Origin: Schmidtea nova
Taxonomy: Eukaryota
NCBI GenBank assembly: GCA_044892505.1
Contig: CM097882.1
Span: 449,252,001-449,316,000, forward strand
Reading direction: 5' to 3'
Length of the DNA stretch: 64,000 nucleotides
Shown: positions 1 to 11,534 of the stretch, piece after piece
How the letters are laid out: each line of letters begins with the position of its first letter
Numbering within the stretch: position 1 is the first letter of the stretch
Notes under the pieces: model-generated
What the model was told of the DNA's origin: nothing
What the model saw: only the letters and a program-made list of their open reading frames with translations
Database searches by the model: none
Program-made: the position numbers and the translations under genes

Positions 1-170
1 GGCCTTAAAGTGTCCTCAAAGTGACCTTAAGCGAAAAATTTGACCTTAAAGTGCCCTTAAGCAAAAAATTTGACCTTAATTTGACCTACATAAATTTGAC
101 CTACATAAAAAAAAAATTTTCTAGGGGGGGGGGTGTTGACCTATATCTGGCGGGCTCACTTCCTACTACT
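1..170. mobile_element. Right-hand terminal inverted repeat (TIR) of a Maverick/Polinton; the element runs off the window start
   Basis: Ends in ...TTCCTACTACT (reverse complement AGTAGTAGGAAG), the (AGT)n terminus typical of Polintons. It is preceded by a G-run and six exact TGACCT subterminal repeats (22, 41, 71, 82, 97, 137). The other end is not visible. Confidence 0.6.
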
Positions 171-284
171 GAGGATGCCAAATGATTTTTTTTAAATGAT
201 TTTTTTAAAAAAATAATTTGCTTTATTATTTATTATATTGGCAAATATCATAGCGAGTTCTTAGAGGTTTCAGAGTTATTTACG

Positions 285-286
<2 letters not shown>

Positions 287-334
<48 letters not shown>
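287..334. repeat. (AT)n microsatellite
   Basis: Direct sequence. Similar tracts occur near 5632-5682, 7093-7199, 7790-7828, 32505-32545, 45535-45568 and 58134-58187. Confidence 0.95.
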
Positions 335-336
<2 letters not shown>

Positions 337-1539
337 TGGTAAAAATCAAATTAAAAAATTTACTTTAACACATTTGAACCCCGTGGGTCGCTAGCGGCTC
401 ATTTAATTAATTTTTTATTTTTGGTAATAATTCATATTTAAAGTATCACGACACTTAATCACCTGTCAATTCTAATGAATTTAACTAAAATACTGTTCAA
501 ATTGTATGAATTTTCGTTGAAGAAAAGATTTAAAATTGACAAAAAATTTTGTGGGTTCATATGTGTAAATGGAATATACTGGAAAATGTTGTTTATTTTT
601 AGTGTAAATTCAAATATAATTACATTTATAACTTTTCTTTATCATTTCAATATCATTTCATTCATAATTTATTTATATTTATTGTTTACTTACTATTTAT
701 AATTTTAACATAAAATATAATTTACAATTATAATTGAACTTGTTTGAACTGTTAGATTTTATCATTGAATTTCATGTTTTTCTTTTGATCTTTGACAATA
801 TACTACTAAATTTATTAATCTAAATTTATTGTTTGTATTTGGATTTCTGGGTTTTCTTATGGTTTGCTTAGATAATCTTCATTTAATACGATTATAAAAT
901 AATCTTGAAGATTATTTTACATTTGTTGTTTTCACGGAATATCGTGTAAAACTCGGATTATTTACTGATTGCATTTTGTAAATTTTAAAATTTAATTACA
1001 GGTGACAAATAATTTTCAACGAAAGTTTTTTTTAACTTATAGATATGTTGCTTTGATAATAAAAATAATGAATATCCAGCAAGAATTAGGAAGTCAATCG
1101 GAAATAATTCCGTATTGGAGTGATTAGGATCTTTTTAACATCGAAATAATTCATCAAATAAACATTGCTGAGAAAGACTTAACACTTTTGTCTTATTATT
1201 GTATAAAAATAGTGATAGTATTAAATAAAAATATTTCCAACGTATATTAATAATTAATTATTGCAATCTGTCAAAATGTGCATTACTACTAATGAACAGA
1301 ATAACTAGTTCAAATGAGCAGAAAAGCTCTGCTATTATATCCCAAAACCTTTAGGATTTAGCCGATTCGCGAGAAACGGTTGTTAAAATTATACGTGAAT
1401 GCCTTGGTTTTTGTTTGACATCTAGTATTAGCTGAGTAATCATAGACAAGACCAGTGATGAAATTCTGCCGGTTTGAAATATTTATTTTTGTGCAAATAG
1501 TATCTTTAATTGGGAGCTTTCTAATAATAGTGCGGTTGA

Positions 1540-1990
1540 GGTTTGTCTAAACAGGCACAAAATAAAATAAAATGTACATAAAGCTGAGTGCAAATTGATA
1601 AAAAATGATAAAATTCAAAAAGTAACAAATAAAGTGCTAAATTAATTTTTAAAAATCAATATTTTGCAGGGAAATAGGTATGGGAAAATGCCAAATAGTG
1701 AGACAAATTCAAATTTAATAATAGAAAATCAATGGGAGTCCCAGATATAAATATTGAGAAAATTCAAATTAATAAAAAATTGATTACTTGATAGAAAACT
1801 AGAGCTAATTGGAAATCTAAGTTAAGGGAAAACCCGAGCAGTGTGGGAAACCACAGTCCAAAACAAAATATTAATTTTTTCAGTCGATTAGTTGAGCTTA
1901 AGAAAAATTAGAGTCATGAAAAAACGAATCTGAAAACAAGTATTGAAATTATTTTAAGGTAATTTAAAAACTTGCATGTAAGAAAATCAA
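1540..1990 (+). mobile_element. Fragment of LTR-like repeat family 2
   Basis: Shares gggaaaacccgagcagtgtgggaaacc and ggaaataggtatgggaaaatgcc-type blocks with the copies at 11.5-12.3 kb, 31.9-32.6 kb and 42.5-43.2 kb. Ends not resolved. Confidence 0.4.
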
Positions 1991-2713
1991 AATTGAAAAA
2001 CAACTAAATTAATTGCAGAGAAATTCGGAAAGAAAAAAAGAAAACTCTGCTTGGCCGTCAAAATTCGATTTGGAAGATTCGATTATTTCTTCAGTTGCAA
2101 CCGTATAGTAGAAACATCTTCTTTTCGGATATTCTGAATTGTTCTTCTTTAAATCTTTAGAGGAATCTCATGAGATTTGACGATATACAAAACGATATAA
2201 TCGGGCAAAGTGCCCTTATGGTGATAAAACATAAGGTTCGTCTCTCGAAACATTTGAAAACTAAAAAAATAGTTGTAAACATGAAAATTGAACATTTAAA
2301 ATAATTTGATGCGATAAATGGTTAAATAGGTGCAACATTAGAAATATTAGAGTTGTACCCCAACATTTATGTGGGTGACCATTAAGATCATATTTATTTA
2401 CTCTCCCATTTAACTTGTTAGATTGAATATAATGTATTCTTTTCTTTTAGAGTTTGTATGATTTGTTTTATATTATGAAATTCTTCTCTTTCCATTGGTA
2501 TTTGCAACTTTGACAATAGTATATATTTTAATTTGCAAAGTGTTTCAGAAGTCTAATTAATCGATATAGTCTTTATTTTCTACCTCATGATGGCAGTGAG
2601 CTTGTTGAAATATATAGTAAAACGGTTGTTCAAGTTACAATGTTTATTTAATCATCTATTTAATAAATCAATCAATAAACAATATGTTTTTGAAGTGTTT
2701 AATTTCCATTTAG

Positions 2714-2965
2714 GACCTCAAAGATTTAACATAGACACTTCGAGAACACAAAGTTCTGTGAACACTAAATACAGTGACAAGGGCTCGTTCTTTGACAGTA
2801 TGGTGACAAATGCATTATCAGATAGATCGACTCTTAATGACAACGATTTGTTTCCTGGAAGCAACATGCTCCAGCTTTTGCAGAACTCTTACAAACTTGT
2901 TAAAGAGAGATCTGATACTGAATATAATGAGATTTCATCGAAAGTTGTGCCAGAAAATTTTGAAG
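2714..2965 (+). CDS. Internal exon of an unidentified gene (Ser/Asn-rich, probably disordered)
   Basis: Acceptor ttccatttag| and donor gaag|gtaatc bracket a 252-nt, phase 1/1 open frame (PQRFNIDTSRTQSS...VVPENFE) that is richer in GC than its flanks. Confidence 0.65.
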
Positions 2966-3055
2966 GTAATCAATGCATAAAATTTATTATTTTTTTAATA
3001 ATTTATTTAAATATAGTCAAACTTCTAAATTTGGTGTTTTTTTCTTCGTTTAGTT

Positions 3056-3585
3056 CAGTGTTTCCCACGTCCCACAAGGGGGCAATAATTAAAAATATAT
3101 AAAACAAGTAAAAATTAAAAATTATGCAAAAATAAAATTTAAAGACTGGAAATATGAGTAAAATGTCTGCTGGGTAAAAATGAAACATCAACAAATTTCA
3201 ACTTAAATTAAAAATTAAAATTAAAAAATTTCACACGTAATACATACCTACATAATGAATAGAAACAAAATCTAACTAACAGTTGACAAAAAACTATCAA
3301 TCGTTTTTTTTTGTGAATGTTTTTTTTAATGAAGAAAAATTTAACTTTTTTATATAATGGCTCAAGATTCTCACTGAATTTAATTAATAATTGATTATTG
3401 ATAATTATGATAAATGATATGTATATGGTTTTAGGACAAGAAAAATTATAATGATACAATTAGTTTTTTTCCTTTAATTCCCGAAAAACATTTGACAGAA
3501 TACATAACTGAATCTTACATAAGAGGCATAGAAATTGTAAAAAGGTTTTTGTGGGTAACGACGCGAAAAAGGTTGAGAAACACTG
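3056..3585. mobile_element. hAT-Charlie-type MITE in an intron
   Basis: TIRs cagtgtttcccac / gttgagaaacactg. Imperfect 8-bp NNNTANNN TSD gtttagtt / gtctagct. Confidence 0.65.
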
Positions 3586-5263
3586 GTCTAGCTGCTCGAT
3601 TTTAAAAGTTGCAATAAAATTAATTCAAAAATAATTCAAAATATTTAATGAAAATAAATAAGAGTTGATTTCATTTATTTTAAAAAGAACATAAATTGAC
3701 AATAAATGGAAATAATGTCAAAAAATGTGAATGTGAGGGAAATTTGCCCTCTATTTCAAAATTTTACATTTACTAAAATCTAAAAAATCCAATAATGTTA
3801 CATTACGAAACGCACAAATCATCTCGTGTTCAAGTCTAATAATTTTAATTAAAGCAAAAAGGACAAGCGAAAGAATAATTACATAGATTAATAAGACGAA
3901 GTTTTATATTTATCTTTGACCGCTTCAGGAGATTTTTCATTTTGCTTGGTAAATGTTTAACAATTTTGTGAGGAGTCTTTTGGTGCATATCAAATTTCTG
4001 AAGTGTCGACCAGTTTTTGTTGGTGGTAAAATTGTTTGAGAAAAATATTAATAAATATTATAATAATTAAATTGTTAAAAATATTACAATTAGGATTTCT
4101 AAAATTCAAAGATTAGTAATAAACTCTAACCTTCACTTTTGGGCTTAATAAATAATGCCATAAATCTTACAAGGATTTTAATTATTTTTATTACATATGA
4201 AAGACCTACATTGTAGGCATATTAACAAAAAATAAAAAAAACAATTTTTTGATTTTCTGGTTGTTTTTTGTTTGTGAATGTAACAATAAAGAAACGACAT
4301 ATTGTTATTCGTGTAAACATTTTAGTAAGGAAATTTAAGCAAAAGAAATAAAATTAACTTTAATTTAATTTATTAATAATTATTAATTTATTTATAATTA
4401 TGTTGTTTGTCATTGAAATAAACGAATACAATTGTTCAATTATTAGTTTTTTATTTTTCTTGCAAAATTTTGCTTCAGGTTTTCAGTTCGAACATTGGAA
4501 AACAATTGTTTTGAATATAACAAAAAGAATTGAATATTTATTTTACTTTTTATAGTATATATTTTTAAATTTAATATAAAATAAGAACTAATTATTATAA
4601 TTCTTTCTTATATTGCCGTTAATTTATTTTGTTAGAATTTATTATATAATTGTTTATTTATACACATATGGTAATTATGTACTTAATGAAATTGTTATTT
4701 GAGTACAAATAAACAACACATTTAATTGGATGTGCCATTATATCATAAAACATCATACCTGCATCAATTATAAATAATAAAATAGTAAATAGTAAAATTT
4801 TTACACATTACAAGTTAAAAGAGTGTGAAAAAATATAAAATTCTTACTAATAAAATTTCATTTAAATTTTCATAAAATTGTTTTACAATTAAATTTACGA
4901 TGTTTATAAACAATCACACGAGTCTAAATAACGTTAAGTCCTTTATAAATCTTTAATGTCCATCAATTTACTGAATACATTCTTTAGTCTTTGGTTGAAC
5001 AGTATAATCATTATTAATTTTTCTTCTGTCAAACTGCGAATTTTATTGTTTTCCAATCAGGATGTACACAATATTCTTTTAATTAAATAATTTCTATTCT
5101 CATTTACGTCTTATATAAACTTCTCATCAATTAAAAATGTTGATACTTATTTGTTATTTCTCTTTTCATCTCTTTCCACTACTCTTTTTAATATATATTG
5201 AATTTCACATATGAAATTTAATTAATTGGCACTGCCTAAACAATATGAAACTAATAATTCTTT

Positions 5264-5628
5264 TATAATTATCTTTGATCTCTTTTTTTAATTCAATAAT
5301 TTTCATATTAATTTTTGTAAGACTAGATCAAATTTGTTGTTGTTGTTGTTACTAAGTCTACGATATTTTGGCACAGCCTTTATTTACGATAGATAAAGGC
5401 TGTGCCGAAATATCGTGTTCCTAACAACCAAAATAATTTGATCTTTAGTCATACAATTATTAATATGAAAATTATTTATTTAAAAAAAGAAATCAAAGGG
5501 GAAATCAAAAGATAATTATAAATAATTATAATAATTATAATACTATAATTATAATACAATAATTATAATATTATTATCAATAATTCTCATAATGATGACT
5601 ATAGATCAAAAGTTTTTTTATAAACAAT

Positions 5629-5684
<56 letters not shown>

Positions 5685-5876
5685 ATATTGTGTTATTGTT
5701 TATAAAAAAAAAATTTTGATCTATAGTCATTATGAGAATTATTGATAATAATAATAATAATAATTATAATAATTATAATTATAAATAATTATAATATAAT
5801 AATTATAAAAATTACAACAACAAGCAATTTGATCTAGTCTTACAAAAATTAATATGAAAATTATTGAAATAATAAC
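5264..5876. repeat. Compound foldback (palindromic MITE-like) repeat
   Basis: 5264-5520 is a near-perfect hairpin centred near 5385. 5571-5750 is a second palindrome around an (AT)n tract. 5815-5876 is the reverse complement of about 5293-5345. Confidence 0.85.
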
Positions 5877-5926
5877 TCTTGAATTATATTGGTTGATTTA
5901 AATAATTTTAATCAATTTTTACACAG

Positions 5927-6081
5927 AGTTACATCTCGGAAACAATTCAAAATTTTCTCGGTCAACAAAATCAGCATCTGATAACAATTTCCTAGCAGCC
6001 GACATCCCAACGCCTCCCCCTCCAAGTCCTGAAATATCTAATCGTTTCCGTTCGATATCGGCAGCACCAGAACTGAATTGA
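5927..6081 (+). CDS. Probable terminal exon of the same unidentified gene (Pro/Ser-rich tail)
   Basis: Acceptor tttttacacag|, phase 1, compatible with exon 2714-2965. Reads ELHLGNNSKFSRSTKSASDNNFLAADIPTPPPPSPEISNRFRSISAAPELN*. AATAAA at 6198. Confidence 0.55.
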
Positions 6082-7108
6082 GAACACCAACAAAATAATT
6101 TATAACAAATTTCAATTTGGAATCCTTATTTTAACAATACAATTGTGATAATATTAGAATTGTGTCAACAATAATTTTTGAAATAATAATTATTTGTAAT
6201 AAAAGAAAAGAAAACGATAGTAAAAAAATTCTCTGCGATTAAAGTTTATCTAAATTTACGAATTCCGCAACGATACTGATAAGAAAATGACAGCTGTTTT
6301 TTTTTAATTTTTGAACTTTTTACCATATTGTAAATTAGATAAATTTTCAAATTTCATTAGATTTCGTTGAATGTTTTAGTTTTGGAAGATTTGATATTTC
6401 CACTGCAGTCGGTAGCATCATTCACAGAAACTTAATAGTAGAAGTGTGTTTTAAATTTAATCAAGGTCATGGAAATTTATTGAAGATCAAATGAAATTTT
6501 GCGGACTTTATTTTTTTAAATTATTTTTTTAGCATTTAATATTTATTTGGATTTATTAATTAAATGTTTGGAAAATTAAAATTATATTTAGAAAGAATAT
6601 TTTTATTGTTTGCAAAAGGGGCTTACTGGAACAGGAATTAGACTCTCGCGCCGTCAGATCCTCCTGGTTATTATCATAAACTTATTTGATATGTTGAAAT
6701 TGTTAAGAAATACCAGATAAATAAATCAAGATAAAACCAACTGACAAATTTTCAATATTATATTCTTTATCATTATAATTAATACAACAATTAAACAATT
6801 TATTTTTCAACCAATGATTGATGTTTTCTGTTTAACACAAGTTTTCGGAACTGCTTTTTTCAAGTGATAAATCGTTTAAACAATTATGTTTATTTAACAA
6901 TTAACATGATATATTATTATTATAAATAAATATTTTAAAAGTACTTCATTACCTGCCGCCTTGTGATGGCAAATTATTTCCAACACTATCAAAATTGTTC
7001 ATTTGAAATCAGGAGAAACATAACAAATATTATATTCTAAATGTTTCACTAAAAAAATACATTTCTTTTGTACTGCCTTTCACCTTGCTACAATCTACTT
7101 TGTTGAGG

Positions 7109-7202
<94 letters not shown>

Positions 7203-7593
7203 CTGAATTTTTATAGGGCCCAAAATTTTGTATTATTATTATAAAAACTTATTTCATCTTTTAATTATTTGCAGATTATTATATTTACGTAATATAAGTA
7301 AAAAAATATTTAATTATATTACGTATCATAATTAATATAATACCTTTCTTAAGTAAAAATTTCACGAAAGCATAATATTTTTTTCAAATTTTTATTTAAA
7401 AAAACAATGTTGGCTTTGATTTTCTTTAACCGTTTACACAAAAAGCATTAAAATCAAATCATTGCTTCAGATTACTGATTGTGCTTTAAAGTCAGGCAAT
7501 ATAGGAATAATAAATTAACCATTTTGTTTTAAAAAAATTATAAAAGGGCCCCATAAGATTTTTAGCCTTGGGCCCCTTTAAGAGTGAATATAT

Positions 7594-7786
7594 ATTATCA
7601 ATAATTCTCATAATGCAGACTATAGATCAAACATTTTTTATATAAACAATAATACACACTTGATAAAGGCTGTGCTGAAATATTGTGTTGTTGTTTATAT
7701 AAATAATTTTTGATCTATAGTCTGCATTATGAGAATTATTGATAATAATAATAAAAAAAGATCAAATGTGAAAAAAGATAATTATG

Positions 7787-7790
<4 letters not shown>
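7594..7790. repeat. Foldback family copy
   Basis: Arms tattatcaataattctcataatgcagactatagatcaaa / tttgatctatagtctgcattatgagaattattgataata, with the central gataaaggctgtg seen in the 5.3-kb copy. Confidence 0.85.
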
Positions 7791-7832
<42 letters not shown>

Positions 7833-8889
7833 ACTTATTATAAAAAGTAGATGATAAATATCTTTTAAATCAATTATGATTTCTAATTTACGGCTTTACA
7901 AACAGATAGACAAACTTATTCTTATCTGTTATTATTAAACTTTGGTTTTGGGCTAATTTTTATAAATTTTATTTAATTATTTAGTAATTTTTTGGAAAGA
8001 GATTTTTTAATAGATCAGAAATTAATTATATTTTCATTAAGAAGCAGATTTAACTCAATCTTATATCTCTAAGGTTGTTTACTTTTTTCTGAGAAAACAA
8101 TCAAATGGTGCTCTAAAAGTGTTCTCGTGAAGGTTATTTCATTTTGGTTAAGTTAAATTTCAAAAACGAAACTTAGTTTGATAGTTACAGATTTATGAGT
8201 TCTGATTGATGTCTACCAGATGTGATACGAATATCTTATTGCCACAATAACCCAACTTCAAACATTTAATCTTCATTAGATCTAACCATTGAAACTAAAT
8301 CAATGTTTTCTGTTCAGGTAATTATTAGGCTTGCTCAAAACAAACTGCCAGCACTTACCAACCTTCATACCTTTGTTGAAAGCGTGGTTCATAACTTTTA
8401 GTAATATATCGAAAGTTGGTATTTTTCCTGTCAGTTTCGTTTTCCTACGCTGAATAAATAATATTTTATTTTGATGGTAAATAAATAATATTAAATTGAA
8501 GTGTTGATTGGACTCAGAAAAGTAATTAATTTTAGTACTTTCAAGAACATTGTCACTTTCACAAGTACTCAAAATATAATTACTTCTTCCTGAATTTCAG
8601 CTTTTGTTTTTTTATTGTTTTATTCTTACATGAGATATATTTTTCTAAAATTGTTGAAATATTAATTTGGAGTTTATTATGTATTTTTATAAGTTCTTTA
8701 GCTTACTTTACCGCATTTGGTCTTAGAACGGGACGCCTGTAAATAAACAAATGCGCAAAAGTTCAAATAAAAAAAATTTCAAATTTCTTCAATTTGTTTT
8801 GGGCTTCAGAGAAAATGAGTTTATTAGTGTATTAATGATCCTTGTGTGTTAAAATAATCACAGTAGAAATAAATAATATTCCATGATGT

Positions 8890-9280
8890 GATTTGTTTTG
8901 ACCTTTTTCTTTCCTGGAAATATAAATATTTTTAATACAACAAACATGGCAATGAAATAATAAAAAAAGAAACATCAATCCAAAATTATATTCCGCACAA
9001 TATATTTCGAGAAACTCCTTCTCATCATAAAGTGCTTTTCAGTCAAACATTACCATACAAATCAATCAAATCGATTTTAAACAAATTAATCATAATTTTT
9101 TAAAAACTTATTTAAAATTTTATAAAATAATCAAAACTTTTAAAAGCGATAAAATTATTTTAGAATTGAAATAAATTAATCTTAATTTTTAAATATAGTT
9201 TTCTTAAAAATATTTTCATATTTATAAACAATTGTATAATTGAAGAGTCTTCAATTATACAATTGTTTATAAATATGAAG
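8890..9280 (-). mobile_element. Penelope-like pseudo-LTR-type repeat with a degenerate hammerhead (8995-9035)
   Basis: Colinear similarity with 63620-63960. Minus strand reads GCAC tttatgat GAGAA ggagt TTCTC GAAA TATATT GTGC, i.e. a hammerhead layout with a mutated CUGAUGA core. Confidence 0.55.
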
Positions 9281-9369
9281 ACCAAACCTATTATCATCAA
9301 TTGACAATGCTTTAAAACTCGAATACAGAGAAGACGGTCAGTTTACTCCAAAGTGTGTGGCATTTTGGC

Positions 9370-9590
9370 CATAATTATCTTTTGATTTCACTTTTGATTT
9401 TTTTTTATTTAATTCAATAATTTTCATAGTAATATTTGTAAGACTATAGATTAAAAAGTTTTTTGGTTGTTAGAAACATTATATTTCGGTACAGCCTTTA
9501 TCAAGTGTGTATTTAAAAAATTGATCTATAGTCTCACAAATATTAATGAAAATTATTGAATCAAAAATTATAATTTATAGTATTTCTCAG
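9370..9590. repeat. Foldback family copy (diverged)
   Basis: Contains ataattatcttttgatttc, gactatagat and ttgatctatagtc arms and cagcctttatc. Confidence 0.75.
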
Positions 9591-9665
9591 TAAAATATAA
9601 AGGAATATTAGATTAATATTTGCAAAAAATGAAATCTTGGGAAAAGCAGTGTTAACATTTGTAAG

Positions 9666-10148
9666 CAGTGGCGTACCTAGGGTAAATGGCGCCTATGGCA
9701 AACACCGATCTTGTGCCCTCCCTGGCGATAGGTTACTTACGTTTTATTTTCTAAAAAACTACTTTAGAATTTGGTAAAAAAGCACACAAGTTAAATCTAT
9801 TAACACTTTATTACAAATTTATCTTTCTTGCTTTAGCTGACGCAAATTGTTTTTTTATATTATCAAAGTCAATTTATTCGGTCTTTTCTCGTTCTATGCT
9901 AAGTAAAGCAAGATTACATAATCGACTTTGGCCCGTCGAGACTCTCAAATATAAAAGTATCAATTTTAATTTGCTAAATGATCTTTCGCATCTGGCAATA
10001 GAAACAGCGATTTAATACACATATTGATATCTATAAAAATAATTTTTTATTTTCATTTGCGTATTTATATGTTAAGCGCTTTTTCGCGCCCCCTTCAGTT
10101 GGCGCCCATGGCACGTGCCATGCCTGCCATACCCTAGTTAAGCCTCTG
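9666..10148 (-). mobile_element. Internally deleted hAT (Tip100/ZMYM1-like) element
   Basis: Starts cagtggcgta and ends gcctctg. TSD tttgtaag / tttgcaag (7/8). Minus-strand remnant AVSIARCERSFSKLKLILLYLRVSTGQSRLCNLALLSIE is the hAT dimerisation domain. Confidence 0.85.
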
Positions 10149-10383
10149 TTTGCAAGTTTATAAAGATAAACGTATTTCGACAGCAAATAACTATAGTTGT
10201 GATTTTGTAAATACCGACACAAGTGAAGCCAATAAGCCAAGTCTTCCGCTTGTGTATTTTTTGTATAAATTTTACTTTTAGTCATTTGTCGTTTATACAT
10301 TCTTTAACATTTTTAATTTTGAAATAATCCCGAATGCTTAGCAAAACTAACTTATATTATAAATAATCAAAAAAACGTAGTAG

Positions 10384-10710
10384 GGACGGGTGGTGTGTAC
10401 AAAGGGCAGGGACGTAATCAGCGCAAGCTAGTGACTTGCGCTTACTAGGAATTCCTCGTTTAAGTGGAATAATTTCAATCCACTATTCCTGACACGACAG
10501 TGATTTAGCAGGTTACCCGGCCATTTCTAGCTAGGAATTAAACTCGCTGTTACTGTCATTGTAGCACGCGTGCGGACCCGGACATCTAAGGGCATCACAG
10601 ACCTGTTATGGATCAATTTCATTTAGCTAAACGCTATTTATTCCTCTAAGAAGTCAGCATTTGCGTCCGAACACAAATGTAATATTTAGCAGGTTAGAGT
10701 CTCGTTTGTT
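10384..10710 (-). pseudogene. 18S rRNA fragment (3' region, dispersed pseudogene)
   Basis: Reverse complements of conserved 18S blocks: GTGTGTACAAAGGGCAGGGACGTAATC, TTACTAGGAATTCCTCGTT, CATCTAAGGGCATCACAGACCTGTTAT, TAGCAGGTTAGAGTCTCGTT. Truncated at both ends, with substitutions in the normally invariant GACGGGCGG. Confidence 0.95.
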
Positions 10711-10753
10711 GTTTAGATATTGCATATTTTCTATTTATTATTGATTATCCTGA

Positions 10754-10800
10754 TTGCTGCCTGAAGAAGATTGTTATACAATCGAAATATATCGCGTTAA
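10754..10800 (+). ncRNA. Minimal type I hammerhead ribozyme (Penelope-associated type)
   Basis: UUGCUGC CUGAAGA A GAUUG-uuaua-CAAUC GAAA UAUAUC^GCGUUAA: intact core, 5-bp stem II, palindromic AUAUAU stem III, AUC cleavage triplet and an imperfect stem I. Confidence 0.75.
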
Positions 10801-11204
10801 TGTTGAATTTACTTAGTTGGCATTTTTCTATTATATTATAAAGTTTCAGTTTTCATACAAAAATCGTTGCTATATGAATTTTAATTTCATAATTAAAAAC
10901 AAATTTCAGTTTATTTTCTCTGTACAAATTAAAATATATTTTTTTATTTTAGTGCATTTCGCTTGATCATTTGGACATCTTATGCCCAATATATGTGCAA
11001 GAACCATTGAAACAGAATCAGGAATTATAGAATCAGTATCTTAGTCTTTTAAAATTTATAAACTAATACAAAATTTAAAGGCATTAAATTTGTCTTGACA
11101 GATAGCGTTGACGTTCAGTTGCAGTATTAATATTTTCAAAAATATGTACAATTTCTGAAGGATATGCATTAAAATAATTTTATTTAGTATATTCAATGCG
11201 ATGT

Positions 11205-11250
11205 CTAATGGCACATTCGTTTCGAGCTTATTTACCTCTCATCAGTACTA
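11205..11250 (-). ncRNA. Degenerate hammerhead-like motif
   Basis: Minus strand CUGAUGA GAG-guaaauaag-CUC GAAAC gaau GUG. The core is intact, but the triplet is GUG and stem I is poor. Confidence 0.35.
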
Positions 11251-11534
11251 AGTGAAAAATCCAATAAACTTCATTATAAATTGATAAACATTTTAAAATA
11301 TATCATTTTAATGAAATAAACAACGTTATTATATAAATTTGGAATTTAATATCATTATTATTATTATCATTATGTATAAAATCTCATAAATAAATAAATA
11401 GCGTTTTCCGAAATTTGTCAGTGCTAGAAGTAAACATGAATAATAAATCATTTATTTTCGAAATCAGCTTCAAAATATTATTACTAATAAATATGTTGGA
11501 ATTTTTGGCTAATTATTATATCCGATGTTAAAAT

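Noticed and set aside
475-702. Hydrophobic F/I/L-rich ORFs here and elsewhere (e.g. 15136, 27629, 47058)
   Set aside because: Expected by chance in AT-rich non-coding DNA; no motifs or splice support.
6630-7020. Two short minus-strand exon candidates with good splice sites
   Set aside because: The phases are incompatible without a stop codon.
8300-8470. Possible exon on either strand (minus RRKTKLTGK...|gtaagt; plus VIIRLAQNKLP...)
   Set aside because: No recognisable homology and no compatible partner exon.
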